64,000 nucleotides of DNA from Thermoplasmatota archaeon. Lineage in GTDB: Archaea > Thermoplasmatota > E2 > DHVEG-1 > B18-G2. The notes below the pieces were generated by a model, which saw only the letters and a list, made by a program, of their open reading frames with translations, ran no database searches and was not told the origin of the DNA. How positions within the stretch are numbered: position 1 is the first letter of the stretch; each line of letters begins with the position of its first letter. Both the position numbers and the translations under genes were made by a program. Below are positions 37,599 through 47,927 of the stretch, in pieces. Location: assembly GCA_029259115.1 (NCBI GenBank), contig JAPDJO010000035.1, forward strand, positions 1,769 to 65,768. Reading direction: 5' to 3'.

Positions 37599-40500
37599 AT
37601 GGATAGAGAATGGATAGAATCTGATACAAAGAAATACTTTGGCTCCCTCCAGTCAGAAGTAGATAGATGTTACAAGATAGCTTCAACAGCCAGGAGTAGA
37701 GGTTTGGATCCGTCTAAAGATGTTGAAATCCCTCAAGCTAAGGATCTTGCAGCGAGAGTAGAGGAGTTGGTTGGACCGAAAGGTATAGCTGAAAAGATAA
37801 GAAAGCTTAGTGAGGAAATAGAAGATAGAGAAGCTGTAGCTATAGAGATAGCGAGGAGTATAGCAAAGGAGGAGATAAAGAAACATGGGAAATTGGAGAA
37901 GGCGATAGAGCAAGCAGTAAGGACAGGTCTTGCAATAGTAACTGAAGGTGTTCTCGTTGCCCCTCTCGAAGGTATAGCAAGCGTCAGAATCGGAAAGAAC
38001 AATGATGGTACAAATTATGTTGATCTCTACTTCTCTGGCCCAATAAGGAGTGCGGGAGGTACGGGTCAAGCTTTAAGCGTATTACTCGCAGATGTGGTGA
38101 GAAGAGAATTGGGAGTGGATAGATATAAACCTACAAGAGGAGAGATAGAGAGATATAAAGAGGAAATCCCTCTGTACAAGAGGGTTCAGCATCTTCAGTA
38201 TCTTCCGACTCCAGATGAGATAGAGATTATTGTTGGGAATTGCCCGATATGTATAAATGGCGAAGGAACTGAAAAAGAGGAGGTTACAGGTTATAGAGAT
38301 CTACCCAGAGTTGAAACAAATAGGTTGAGAGGAGGAGCATGCCTTGTTATAGCTGAGGGTCTCTGCTTGAAAGCTCCAAAGATATTGAAGCATGTGTCTA
38401 GATTGAATATAGAGGGATGGGAATTCTTGAAGGATTTTGTTGAGAAAAAGGTGAATAGAGAAGATAGTAGTGAGGAAGAGGAGGAAGAAAATGAAGAAGA
38501 AACAAATGTTGAGCCTTCTGCAAAGTATTTAGGAGAGGTGATAGCTGGTAGACCTGTCCTTTCCCATCCATCTAGGAAAGGTGGATTTAGATTAAGATAT
38601 GGAAGATGCAGAACTTGTGGTCTTGCATCAACCGCTATCCATCCAGCCACGATGTATCTTCTAGATGAGTTCATAGCTATAGGAACTCAGATGAAAACCG
38701 AGAGACCTGGAAAAGGAACCATAGGTACGCCTTGCGATGAACTGGATGGTCCTCTCGTTCTTCTGAAAAATGGTGATCTGGTTAAGGTAGAGAGTGTGGA
38801 GGATGCAAAAAGGATCAGAAGTGAAATAGAAGAGATCATAGATCTTGGAGAGATACTTATCCCATATGGAGAATTCATGGAGAATAACGCTAATCTTTTA
38901 CCAGCCAGTTACTGTTATGAGTGGTGGATACAAGAACTACAAAAGAAATTGGATATAGGTGCAGATCCTTCAAACTTTTCTGAGATATTGAGAGCTGAGA
39001 AAGAAACCAATGGGATCGTGAAAAAAGAGCTTGGGAGAGAAGTGGATCTTAGAGATCCCAGTCAAAGGATAGCTTTCGAGATATCCGAAAGATTTGGGGT
39101 GCCTCTCCATCCAAATTATACCCTTTTCTGGCATGATGTAAACAAAGATGATATTTTGTATTTGGTTAGATATGTAAGAAGTAACGTAAAGCTGGAAAGT
39201 AATGAAGAAAGTCTTATCTTGAGACTACCTTTCGACGAGAGGATAAAAAAGATACTTATAGATCTTGGTTTAGAGTATAGGATTCGAAACCAAGAATTCA
39301 ATATATCAAAGTTTTCTTACACCTTGATAAGATCCTCTGGACTAGACATAGAAAATGGTAAACTAAAAGAAAGGGTGAGCATAGAAGAAATAGAAAGAGT
39401 TTGCACTGACGGGAGATTATCCTCGTTAGATGTGATATCAAGACTGTCTGGAGTTAGGATAAGGGAGAGGGCTCCAACAAGGATAGGAGCAAGGATGGGA
39501 AGGCCAGAAAAAGCTTCACCAAGAAGAATGCGCCCGCCTCCGCACGTTCTGTTTCCGGTAGGGAACTATGGAGGTAATCAGAGGTTAATAAACTCTGCAG
39601 CGGAGAAAGGAAAGATAAAGGTCGAAGCTGGCTTGAGGAGATGCCCAAAATGCGGAAATGTAACATACAGAACCTTTTGTGACTGTGGAGAGCATACTGT
39701 TAATCTCGGTAGAGTTGTTGAGCAGGAGATAGACTTAAAAGAGGAATTGAAGAAAGCGGCAGAAAGGATAGGAATTAGTGTATTACCTGATACCATAAAG
39801 GGGGTTATTGGTACAATATCTAAAGACAAGACTCCAGAGCCTTTGGAGAAGGGGATACTCAGAGCTAAGCATGGGATATTTGTTTTTAAGGATGGAACAA
39901 CCAGATTTGATATGACAGATGCTCCTCTTACACATTTTAAACCAAGAGAGATTGGAGTATCTGTTGAGAAACTGAGAAAACTCGGATACGAAAGGGATTT
40001 TCAGGGAAATCCTTTGGAGAGAGAGGATCAGATATGTGAACTTAAAGTTCAAGATATCATAATATCTAAGGACTGTGCAGATTATCTTGTTAAAGTGGCA
40101 AACTTTGTAGATGATCTACTTGAAAGGTTTTATGGAATGGAAAGGTTTTATAATGTTAAGGATAGAGAGGATCTAATTGGTCATTTGGTTGTTGGTCTAG
40201 CTCCGCATACATCGAGTGGTGTTGTTGGAAGAATTATCGGATTTACTGATGCTCAAACATGCTTCGCTCATCCTTTCTACCACGCAGCAAAGAGAAGAAA
40301 CTGTGATGGAGACGAGGATAGTGTGATGTTACTCTTAGATGCTCTCATCAACTTCTCTCATTCCTATATTCCTGAGAAAAGAGGAGGTAGGATGGATATC
40401 CCCCTGATACTTGCAACAAGAATAGATCCCAGAGAGATAGATAAAGAAGCTCATAACATTGACATCCTGTTTAGATATCCCCTAGAGTTTTACGAAGCAA

Positions 40501-41054
40501 CTTTGAGATATCTACATCCAAAGGATGTTGAAGAACATATGGAACTGGTTTCTCACAGGTTAGGTAGTGTTCTCCAGTACGGTGGATTTGGATTTACTCA
40601 CGACACCAAAGACATATCTGAAGGTCCTCTCAAATCATCTTATAAAACTTTGAAAACGATGATGGACAAGATAGAGGCTCAATTAAGATTGGGTAAGCTC
40701 ATAAGAGCTGTTGATGAAGGTGATGTTGCTTGCAAGGTGCTGGAGAGGCACTTTCTTCCAGACATACTTGGAAATCTGAGAGCGTTCAGCAAGCAAAACA
40801 TAAGATGTCCATCCTGCAATACCATATATAGAAGAGTTCCTTTAAAAGGAAGATGCCCAAAGTGTGGAGGAAAGTTAACGTTGACAGTCCATAAAAAATC
40901 TGTCGAGAAGTACTTGAATATATCAAAGGAACTTGCAGAGAGGTATGATCTACCAAACTATGCGAAACAGAGATTAATTTTGGTCGAAAAGTCTATAAGA
41001 TCTATGTTTGGGGAAGAAAAGAGAGTGATAAGAAACCTGTTCGACTTTGGATAA
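37599..41054 (+). CDS. DNA polymerase II (PolD) large subunit DP2 (no intein)
   Basis: 1151 aa. The start codon directly abuts the DP1 stop. Conserved DP2 blocks are present (RCRTCGLASTAIHPATM, GLAPHTSSGVVGRIIG, NCDGDEDS) along with Zn fingers (CPKCGNVTYRTFCDCGEH; CPSCN...CPKCGG). Confidence 0.9.
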   Translation: MDREWIESDTKKYFGSLQSEVDRCYKIASTARSRGLDPSKDVEIPQAKDLAARVEELVGPKGIAEKIRKLSEEIEDREAVAIEIARSIAKEEIKKHGKLEKAIEQAVRTGLAIVTEGVLVAPLEGIASVRIGKNNDGTNYVDLYFSGPIRSAGGTGQALSVLLADVVRRELGVDRYKPTRGEIERYKEEIPLYKRVQHLQYLPTPDEIEIIVGNCPICINGEGTEKEEVTGYRDLPRVETNRLRGGACLVIAEGLCLKAPKILKHVSRLNIEGWEFLKDFVEKKVNREDSSEEEEEENEEETNVEPSAKYLGEVIAGRPVLSHPSRKGGFRLRYGRCRTCGLASTAIHPATMYLLDEFIAIGTQMKTERPGKGTIGTPCDELDGPLVLLKNGDLVKVESVEDAKRIRSEIEEIIDLGEILIPYGEFMENNANLLPASYCYEWWIQELQKKLDIGADPSNFSEILRAEKETNGIVKKELGREVDLRDPSQRIAFEISERFGVPLHPNYTLFWHDVNKDDILYLVRYVRSNVKLESNEESLILRLPFDERIKKILIDLGLEYRIRNQEFNISKFSYTLIRSSGLDIENGKLKERVSIEEIERVCTDGRLSSLDVISRLSGVRIRERAPTRIGARMGRPEKASPRRMRPPPHVLFPVGNYGGNQRLINSAAEKGKIKVEAGLRRCPKCGNVTYRTFCDCGEHTVNLGRVVEQEIDLKEELKKAAERIGISVLPDTIKGVIGTISKDKTPEPLEKGILRAKHGIFVFKDGTTRFDMTDAPLTHFKPREIGVSVEKLRKLGYERDFQGNPLEREDQICELKVQDIIISKDCADYLVKVANFVDDLLERFYGMERFYNVKDREDLIGHLVVGLAPHTSSGVVGRIIGFTDAQTCFAHPFYHAAKRRNCDGDEDSVMLLLDALINFSHSYIPEKRGGRMDIPLILATRIDPREIDKEAHNIDILFRYPLEFYEATLRYLHPKDVEEHMELVSHRLGSVLQYGGFGFTHDTKDISEGPLKSSYKTLKTMMDKIEAQLRLGKLIRAVDEGDVACKVLERHFLPDILGNLRAFSKQNIRCPSCNTIYRRVPLKGRCPKCGGKLTLTVHKKSVEKYLNISKELAERYDLPNYAKQRLILVEKSIRSMFGEEKRVIRNLFDFG

Positions 41055-41087
41055 GTTTTTAATTCTGATGGTTGAATATACAGTCAG

Positions 41088-43880
41088 ATGAAGAGGGTCA
41101 GCGTTCTAGTTATTCTGACGTTGATATTCCCGAGCTCTGCATTTTGCAGAGGGGATGAAAGTGGCTACCACTTGGTTGACAAAATCGAAAGGAAAATAGA
41201 GATTTCTCCCCTTTCGGACTATTGGATAAAGATTTCTGCAGATGATTTCAAGATCAATGAGAAGAGATTCAGCTTTGCAAGGAATCTTTCTTTGAAAAAG
41301 GAGAAAGCACTTGCGAAGGCGCCGGCTTGGATACAGGCTGAGCTTGCCAGTAGATTAGGAGAGGTTGGTGATGATTACGCGAATCTAATTTTATCCTTAG
41401 ATAAGAGGTATGTTGACGAAATCACCTTTTCCATGGTTTCCTCGCCGATCGGAAAGATACCATCTACAGAGGTTCTGAAGAGGAATGTTCTCTCGATCTA
41501 CAAGATCGATAAGGATTTGGGGTTCGTTGATGTAGTAGATTTAAATATGAGTTCAAGGGAATACAAATCTACTCTGAGGTACAGGGTAATGGATAATGGA
41601 AGAGAAGAGACGATCTTATGCCCACCCGATATCTATTACTGGTATGTTGTTAGTCCGAGGATAGGTTATGAGGATCCGAAGATGGTATATGGTCATTTCT
41701 GGAGAGAATATGTGATGTACCACAATGATATAGGTTATCCTCTGCTAAGGGAGAAACTGGAAGGGATAAGGTATCTATGGGACAGAAAATCCTATATCCA
41801 GCCGAAGCACAGGACATGGAACTGGAGCATATCAAACCATCCAACAGCCGTAGAAGCTATAAGCTACTGGGTAGGGAAGACGATACCGGTTCAGGCATAT
41901 GGAGACAGACCTTCCCAGCCCAATGTTATAGCGCACGAGCATAACGGCTGGTGCGGGGAGCTCTACAAAGTAGCAGTAGCTGCTCTCAGGAGCTCGCTAA
42001 TACCGGCGACAGGCGTTACCACAAGAGGAGAAGATCACGTCTGGCAGATGTTCTATGACGAGGGTTGGCATCAGAGCGATAACTGGTGGGAAGATGGGGG
42101 TGGATCGATCAACAGAACAGATATCTATGCATACTTGTGGGGATGGAACATATCATCTATCCATTTCTTCAGAGGGGATGGCCTGATCTTCGATATAACC
42201 GATAAGTATCTCAGAGAGGATGATCTAAGGTTTGTTGATTTCGAGGTAACAGATGCCAGGGGAAAGGGATTAGACGGTATCAGGATCTTGGTTCTCGTTA
42301 AAGGACCCCTTGACTGGAGTTGGATCAAGTACAAGATATGGGATCTCTTTGTAGAGAGTTTATGGAAAAGGCTTCCAGAGGGGATAAAGTCTAGACCATT
42401 GCCTTCGAAGATATACGAGGCTTTGAAAAGATTTTACGACAGGATACCAGATGTTGTAAAGCTAGTCAAGCTCGCTACTTGGAACTACACCGATCTAGAA
42501 GGAAGATGTAGATTTAAGCTGGGCGTGAACAGGAGCTATATCTTCGTGGTTCTAGGCTCAAAGGATATACCCATCCTGCCCAGGGTTCTCTTCCTTGGTA
42601 GGGGTAAGGATGACAAGGTTTTCAGGATCAGAACATGCTTCATCAGGAAGATGCCAAGATGGAAACTTACAAGCAAATCCTTAATAGGGGATAACAGGCT
42701 TAGGATCTGCTTTAATGCAAGATCATACCAGCTTCAGGCTGGGATACTGGGAAGCAAATACAAGGGGAAGAGGTGGATGAAAGGTGAAATAGATTGTTTC
42801 GTGATGGATGAAGAGAATTTCAAGAGATATCTGAAGGGTAGGAAATTCTCCTGTATGGTATACTCATCTGGAGAGAATCTATCTCTTCGTTTCTCCAAGG
42901 ATATCTATATCGTTTTCAGGAATAATGCTGTGAGAAGTTACGCTCTCCTTGATCTTTCCATGAAAATAGAGACGAGGAGATTTGTAGATAAGGTCAGGAT
43001 ATTGGAGCCAAAGAAGGATATCATGGATAAACCCATTTTTGATATAGGAGATAAGATAAATATAAGCGGTATAGCTACTACAGAGCCAAAACTTCTGATA
43101 GATGGAAGGGAGGTAGAGATTAAAGAGAAAGGAATGAGATGGTGGTACCTTTGGGATACAAGAGGATTGGATGAAGGAGAATATGTTATTGAAGCCGAGT
43201 GCAAAAAATCTGAAGATAAAGTGGTTGTGAGATTGTTCGATCTATCCCCACCAAAAATAAATGTTCTACCTTTCTCAAAGATTGTGAATAAAGATGTTTG
43301 CAATGAGCTTGTTATATCTGGAAGCTGTACCGATAACTATGAAATCAAAAGGGTTGAAGCTTGTTTAGATGGAAAAGATATCGAGATATCCTTGGATGGA
43401 ACCGTATGGTCTATCAAGATAGACCTGAAGGATCTTGATCCGGGAGATCATCACCTAGAGATCAAAGCTACAGATGTTTCCGGTCTAACAACATCTAAAC
43501 CTGTTTCGTTCTCAGTAATCAATGACTCTGTTACTGGGCCGAGGATAATCAACTTATATCATCATCCTTCCCAGCCAACCTCAAAAGATAACATCATCAT
43601 CTATGCAAACATCTCATCCGAAGGGTTTGAGATAAAGGATGTTTGGCTCTATCTGGAGATGGGTGAGAAAATCATCAAGAGAAGGATGTTCAGATACGCC
43701 TCATTCCCGGTTCAGGAAAGACACGAGGAAGATCCTCTGGCAGACCTTCCAAACAATCCTCTATTCGGCGCGGAGCTTGGCGAGTTTCCCTCTAACTCAA
43801 GCATCACTTACTGGATAGAGGTTACAAATAGCGCAGATCTATCAACGAGTTCTGATAAAGTAACGATACGCATCCTTTAA
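41088..43880 (+). CDS. Secreted transglutaminase-like (Cys-His-Asp) domain protein with C-terminal Ig-like/beta-sandwich repeats
   Basis: Signal peptide MKRVSVLVILTLIFPSSAFC. The TGase-core triad appears in context as NGWCGE ... GEDHVW ... WHQSD. The long beta-rich C-terminal region has no membrane anchor. Confidence 0.6.
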   Translation: MKRVSVLVILTLIFPSSAFCRGDESGYHLVDKIERKIEISPLSDYWIKISADDFKINEKRFSFARNLSLKKEKALAKAPAWIQAELASRLGEVGDDYANLILSLDKRYVDEITFSMVSSPIGKIPSTEVLKRNVLSIYKIDKDLGFVDVVDLNMSSREYKSTLRYRVMDNGREETILCPPDIYYWYVVSPRIGYEDPKMVYGHFWREYVMYHNDIGYPLLREKLEGIRYLWDRKSYIQPKHRTWNWSISNHPTAVEAISYWVGKTIPVQAYGDRPSQPNVIAHEHNGWCGELYKVAVAALRSSLIPATGVTTRGEDHVWQMFYDEGWHQSDNWWEDGGGSINRTDIYAYLWGWNISSIHFFRGDGLIFDITDKYLREDDLRFVDFEVTDARGKGLDGIRILVLVKGPLDWSWIKYKIWDLFVESLWKRLPEGIKSRPLPSKIYEALKRFYDRIPDVVKLVKLATWNYTDLEGRCRFKLGVNRSYIFVVLGSKDIPILPRVLFLGRGKDDKVFRIRTCFIRKMPRWKLTSKSLIGDNRLRICFNARSYQLQAGILGSKYKGKRWMKGEIDCFVMDEENFKRYLKGRKFSCMVYSSGENLSLRFSKDIYIVFRNNAVRSYALLDLSMKIETRRFVDKVRILEPKKDIMDKPIFDIGDKINISGIATTEPKLLIDGREVEIKEKGMRWWYLWDTRGLDEGEYVIEAECKKSEDKVVVRLFDLSPPKINVLPFSKIVNKDVCNELVISGSCTDNYEIKRVEACLDGKDIEISLDGTVWSIKIDLKDLDPGDHHLEIKATDVSGLTTSKPVSFSVINDSVTGPRIINLYHHPSQPTSKDNIIIYANISSEGFEIKDVWLYLEMGEKIIKRRMFRYASFPVQERHEEDPLADLPNNPLFGAELGEFPSNSSITYWIEVTNSADLSTSSDKVTIRIL

Positions 43881-43911
43881 AAGTATAGACAGATTTTTTG
43901 AGAGAAGTGAC

Positions 43912-45015
43912 ATGAGATTTTACGCAACCCTCCCAATGGGACTCGAGAAGATATCTGCTGAAGAGATAAGGAAGATTGGAGGGAAAGTTTTAGAAATAAA
44001 AGATCAGAGAGGGAGGGTATTTTTTGAAGGAAAAGATGATCTTATACCCAAGTTAAACTTTCTTTCGAGAACTTTAGAGAGAGTTATGGTTTTGCTAGGG
44101 TATGAAAGGATAGATTCTTTAGATGATATCTACGCATGTGTCAAGAAAATCGATTTCTCTTTTATCAAGCCTAATCAGAGCTTCGCGATAAGATCTCTCA
44201 GGGTTGGCGAGCATAACTTTACCTCGATAGACATATCGAGAGAAGCAGGGCAGGCGGTCATCGATAGCTATCTCCAAGATAAAAAAGTTAGATTGAGAGT
44301 GGATCTCGATAAACCAGACATTATAGTAAGGGTTGATCTCATCTATGATGAACTATTTATAGGTTTAGATACAACGGGGGATAAGGCTTTGCACAAAAGA
44401 TGGTATAGAGTATACAATCATCCAGCTCCCCTCAATACTGCTATAGCAAGCTCTATGATATTTTTGTCTGGTTGGAGGAAAGGAAGAATCTTGTTTGATC
44501 CGATGTGCGGCGGAGGTACAATACCCATAGAGGCTGCTATGATCTTGAGGAATATACCTCCAGGGAAGAACAGGGAATTCTCCTATTTTAAATTCCTTGG
44601 AGAGATTATTCCGGAATGCGATGAAAATACAGGCATATCCCCCATATATGGATCTGACAAGTTCAAAAAGCATGTCGAAGGAGCAAAAAGAAATGCGAGA
44701 GAGGCGGGAGTTGAAGATACAATAGAGTTTTTTGAAGGAGATATTCTTGAGATTAAAGATTTGAAGACAAACTTCATAATAACCAATCCTCCATATGGTT
44801 TGAGAATAGGAAGAAAAAGGATGATAGAAGATCTTTACAGGGGTTTTTTCGATAGATGCTCTGATATACTGGTAGGGGAGTCTATAGTTGTTATAATAAC
44901 TCCGTATAGTAGGTTGGTAGAGGATATATCTAGGGATCTTGATCTCAGATTATTAGAGAAGCTCCCTGTGAAGTATGGAAACCTAGATACCACTATTTTC
45001 AAGTTGAAGATATAG
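43912..45015 (+). CDS. THUMP-domain class I SAM-dependent N2-guanine methyltransferase (Trm14/TrmN/RlmL-like)
   Basis: N-terminal ferredoxin-like plus THUMP region, SAM-binding motif DPMCGGGTIPIEA, and catalytic IITNPPYG. 367 aa. Confidence 0.7.
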   Translation: MRFYATLPMGLEKISAEEIRKIGGKVLEIKDQRGRVFFEGKDDLIPKLNFLSRTLERVMVLLGYERIDSLDDIYACVKKIDFSFIKPNQSFAIRSLRVGEHNFTSIDISREAGQAVIDSYLQDKKVRLRVDLDKPDIIVRVDLIYDELFIGLDTTGDKALHKRWYRVYNHPAPLNTAIASSMIFLSGWRKGRILFDPMCGGGTIPIEAAMILRNIPPGKNREFSYFKFLGEIIPECDENTGISPIYGSDKFKKHVEGAKRNAREAGVEDTIEFFEGDILEIKDLKTNFIITNPPYGLRIGRKRMIEDLYRGFFDRCSDILVGESIVVIITPYSRLVEDISRDLDLRLLEKLPVKYGNLDTTIFKLKI

Positions 45016-45030
45016 TATCAATTTCTATGA

Positions 45031-45345
45031 TTAACCAAAGAGTGCGCTGAGTCCTGCTGCTGCTTCTTCCTCGCTGACTTCCTCTTCCTTCTTCTTTTCC
45101 TCTTTCTTCTCCTCTTCCTTCTTCTCCTCTTTTGTCTCTGCTGGAGCTGCAGCCTGTACTGGTGCTGCAAGGGTTGCGCTCTTTATAGCTTCCTCTATGT
45201 TAACTCCCTCTAAAGATGTTACAAGAGCTTTTACTCTTGCCTCATCTACTTGTACTCCAGCAGCCTCAAGCACCTTTTTCACATTTTCCTCATTTATTTC
45301 CTTTCCCGCAGCATGCAGGAGCATGGCACTATAGATGTATTCCAT
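45031..45345 (-). CDS. rpl12: Ribosomal stalk protein aP1 (L12Ae)
   Basis: N-terminus [22 protein letters not shown], an E/K-rich hinge, and the C-terminal tail [12 protein letters not shown]. Confidence 0.95.
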   Translation of the reverse strand: MEYIYSAMLLHAAGKEINEENVKKVLEAAGVQVDEARVKALVTSLEGVNIEEAIKSATLAAPVQAAAPAETKEEKKEEEKKEEKKKEEEVSEEEAAAGLSALFG

Positions 45346-45358
45346 CTCTATCTCCTCC

Positions 45359-46204
45359 TTATGTCTTTTTATCTAATATACTCTTCAGAGATGATGCTTG
45401 GGCATGAGCCTTTGCAAGCAACATCTCTATATTGTTTTTAGTTGGGAATGATATAGATATAGATAGAGCGAGGGCATCTTGGTATGCTTTTGATATTAAA
45501 TAGTTTATCGTCTCTGGAGTTGTCCATTTCCTGTCTATAGCTAGCAAGAATGCGTTTCTTATAGCGGTTATAAGTTCTGATCTAAACTTCTCTTCATCTA
45601 TCTCTAGTACATCCGGGGTGAATATAACGCCATCTTCATATACAGCTTTTAGATCCAGACCTATCTCTATCGGATAAATCTCGAGCCTTGTTAAAGCCTG
45701 AGCGATTTCTTTTGATATCTCCTCCCCAGCTCTTACAAGAACTTTATCCTTCTTTATAACAACCTTTCCACCTTCTATAGCTGCAGGTATCCCAACTTTT
45801 TGTAATTCTCCAACAATGGGGCCAGGTTTGAATGGAGTTTCTCCGGCCTTGACCTCTATATCATGCTGAGCTATCTCTCCTCCTTTTGCTGGAGCTTTTG
45901 TTCTACTCTCTTTTATAAACTTATAGAGCTTGAAGGGATTTTCTTTAGTAGCTAAGATAGCTGTTTGCCCAGAGATTGAATTTGCCAAATCCTTTATCTT
46001 CCCTCCAACCTCTTCCAATGCTCTCTTTATCAGTCTGTTCTTACTAACTCTCAAAACACCTATCTCTCTTATTTTTTCCCTGAGTTTTTGCATTTGAGGA
46101 GCTGGTATATTCTCTATCCCAACTATGGCTATCGATGGGTACGAGCTGATGATGTTTTTCAGTTCTTCAACCTCTTTAAATTTCCATTGAGCTACATGAG
46201 CCAT
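45359..46204 (-). CDS. rplP0: Ribosomal protein uL10 (P0)
   Basis: N-terminus [15 protein letters not shown]. 281 aa. Sits between rpl1 and rpl12. Confidence 0.9.
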   Translation of the reverse strand: MAHVAQWKFKEVEELKNIISSYPSIAIVGIENIPAPQMQKLREKIREIGVLRVSKNRLIKRALEEVGGKIKDLANSISGQTAILATKENPFKLYKFIKESRTKAPAKGGEIAQHDIEVKAGETPFKPGPIVGELQKVGIPAAIEGGKVVIKKDKVLVRAGEEISKEIAQALTRLEIYPIEIGLDLKAVYEDGVIFTPDVLEIDEEKFRSELITAIRNAFLLAIDRKWTTPETINYLISKAYQDALALSISISFPTKNNIEMLLAKAHAQASSLKSILDKKT

Positions 46205-46214
46205 ACCTAAAACC

Positions 46215-46862
46215 TCACATTACTCTTTGGGATGGACCCATAGTAGTTTTTACATAAACAGAATCTATATTGTACCTGCCCCTTTCTAACTTCTCTTCCA
46301 GTCTCTTTAGTATCGCCTGAAGGTTTTCTGCAAGTTTCTTTGGCTCCATATCCTCTGTTCCTATTAAAGTGTGGAAGGTTTTACTACTTCTGGATCTGAT
46401 CCTTACGCTTTTTCTCAGATTATCAGCTATTGCTTTGATATCAGCATTTGGAGGTATTGGTTTTGGCATCTTCCCTCTTGGACCAAGAATAACTCCCAAC
46501 TTCTTACCTATCGTTGGCATGAGAGGAGCTTCAGCAACGAAGAAGTCATGCTCATTAGCTATCTTTTTCATCCTTTTCTTATCTTTAGCTAAATCATCAA
46601 TCTCCTCAGGTTTTATTATGAGATCGACGACTCCTCTCGCTTTAAGAGCTAACTCTCCACCGGCAAAGAGAGCGATCTTTGCCGGTTTTCCTCTCCCATG
46701 AGGGAGGATTATCTCTTCATCTATCCTATTTTTTGGATTATTCATATCAACATCTTTCAGAGTTATAGCTACGTCTACGCTTTGCTTGAATTTTCTTTCT
46801 TTGGAGTTTTGCAGTGCCTTTTCTATTGCCTCTAGGATTTTTTCCTCAACCATAACTATCAT
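46215..46862 (-). CDS. rpl1: Ribosomal protein uL1
   Basis: Conserved blocks FKQSVDVAITLKDVDM and ILPHGRGK. 215 aa (or 212 aa if the second Met is the start). Confidence 0.9.
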   Translation of the reverse strand: MIVMVEEKILEAIEKALQNSKERKFKQSVDVAITLKDVDMNNPKNRIDEEIILPHGRGKPAKIALFAGGELALKARGVVDLIIKPEEIDDLAKDKKRMKKIANEHDFFVAEAPLMPTIGKKLGVILGPRGKMPKPIPPNADIKAIADNLRKSVRIRSRSSKTFHTLIGTEDMEPKKLAENLQAILKRLEEKLERGRYNIDSVYVKTTMGPSQRVM

Positions 46863-46898
46863 CGATGCTTTAGATGTGGTTCTCGGGAATGGAAAGTG

Positions 46899-46910
46899 TA
46901 TTTATAAAAT
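46899..46910 (-). promoter_or_regulatory. Putative TATA box for the rpl1-rplP0-rpl12 operon
   Basis: The minus strand reads ATTTTATAAATA, about 40-45 nt upstream of the rpl1 ATG. Assigned from sequence only. Confidence 0.35.
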
Positions 46911-46935
46911 TGTTGGTGAAATCTATCTTTTATTT

Positions 46936-47880
46936 TTAATTTTCTCTCTCTATAATAACATCAAGCATCTCATCAGGATCTCTTATCTTTATCAACTCCT
47001 TCCTGCTTATAGTTGGAGTGCCTTCGATATTCTTTCTCTCTTCCCTATCAGTAAAGATAACCGCATGTTTTCCCGTAACTCTTGCTATGCTTCCCATAAC
47101 TCTCGCTCTCTTCTTGAGAGAGAAGTCATATCTTCTTACACTAGTCAACAGCACATTTCTTCTCTCTTTACTCACGGCATCAAAAAGACATCTCCTAGTA
47201 GGTATAACCTTGTATCCTATCCTTTCTATCATGGATAAAATCTCTTTTTGGAAATTGTAAAGCCATTCTATCTCCTCAACGCCTTGCTTTACTCTGGTTA
47301 ATCTTATTGGCTGAAGAAGATCAAAATCTTTTATTATACTCGGATGCAAGATCTCTTCCATAAGTGCCGCTATTTCTACTCTAGCATCCATTCCTTCCTC
47401 ATACATCTTAATAGCTCTTCTAGAGACATGCAAGAGCCTAGCTAAATCCCCTCTTGAAAGATTTCTCTTTTCCCTTTCTTCTCTCAGTTTTCTTCCATCT
47501 ATTCTCACATAAAACCCGCCTGGCGCCGCATACACTTGGATTGGAAGATTGTGAACCAGATAATTCTTTAGGGTATTTGGCGTTATAGTTGGTATACCGT
47601 TTCTAAAATAAACAACATCGTCCTCGAGTTTTGCTGAACCATCTCTTTCACCTATTAATATCAGAGAGGCTTTAAGTAGACAAGCGAGTGATTTGAGATC
47701 CCTTGCAACCTGATCTGTGAAAGCATCTATGTTAGTCAGGATTTTCAATATTAGCAAATCCTTTTCTCTTCTTGCGACTAAGTCAAAACCCACGTCCTTG
47801 AAATTGCATTCTTCTGATACATTAAATCCTGCATCTTCTAGTATCCTTTTTACCCTGTATATTATTCCTTGTCTATCCAT
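46936..47880 (-). CDS. Conserved euryarchaeal putative HTH-type (XRE/cro-C1) transcriptional regulator (COG1395-like)
   Basis: 314 aa. The N-terminal pattern is ..RILEDAGFNVSE...FDLVARR..LLILKILTNID. The central HTH is LSRGDLARLLHVSRRAIKMYEEG. Confidence 0.7.
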   Translation of the reverse strand: MDRQGIIYRVKRILEDAGFNVSEECNFKDVGFDLVARREKDLLILKILTNIDAFTDQVARDLKSLACLLKASLILIGERDGSAKLEDDVVYFRNGIPTITPNTLKNYLVHNLPIQVYAAPGGFYVRIDGRKLREEREKRNLSRGDLARLLHVSRRAIKMYEEGMDARVEIAALMEEILHPSIIKDFDLLQPIRLTRVKQGVEEIEWLYNFQKEILSMIERIGYKVIPTRRCLFDAVSKERRNVLLTSVRRYDFSLKKRARVMGSIARVTGKHAVIFTDREERKNIEGTPTISRKELIKIRDPDEMLDVIIEREN

Positions 47881-47927
47881 ATCTATTAGAATTAAGTAGG
47901 AAGAAGTATATAAGTGTTCTTCTGGTT

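Noticed and set aside
37599-41054. Possible inteins in DP2, and also in PolB at 5538-8387.
   Set aside because: The conserved polymerase blocks are contiguous, and I saw no Cys/Ser...HN-Cys/Ser/Thr splice-junction insertions. The length of DP2 is consistent with an intein-free protein.
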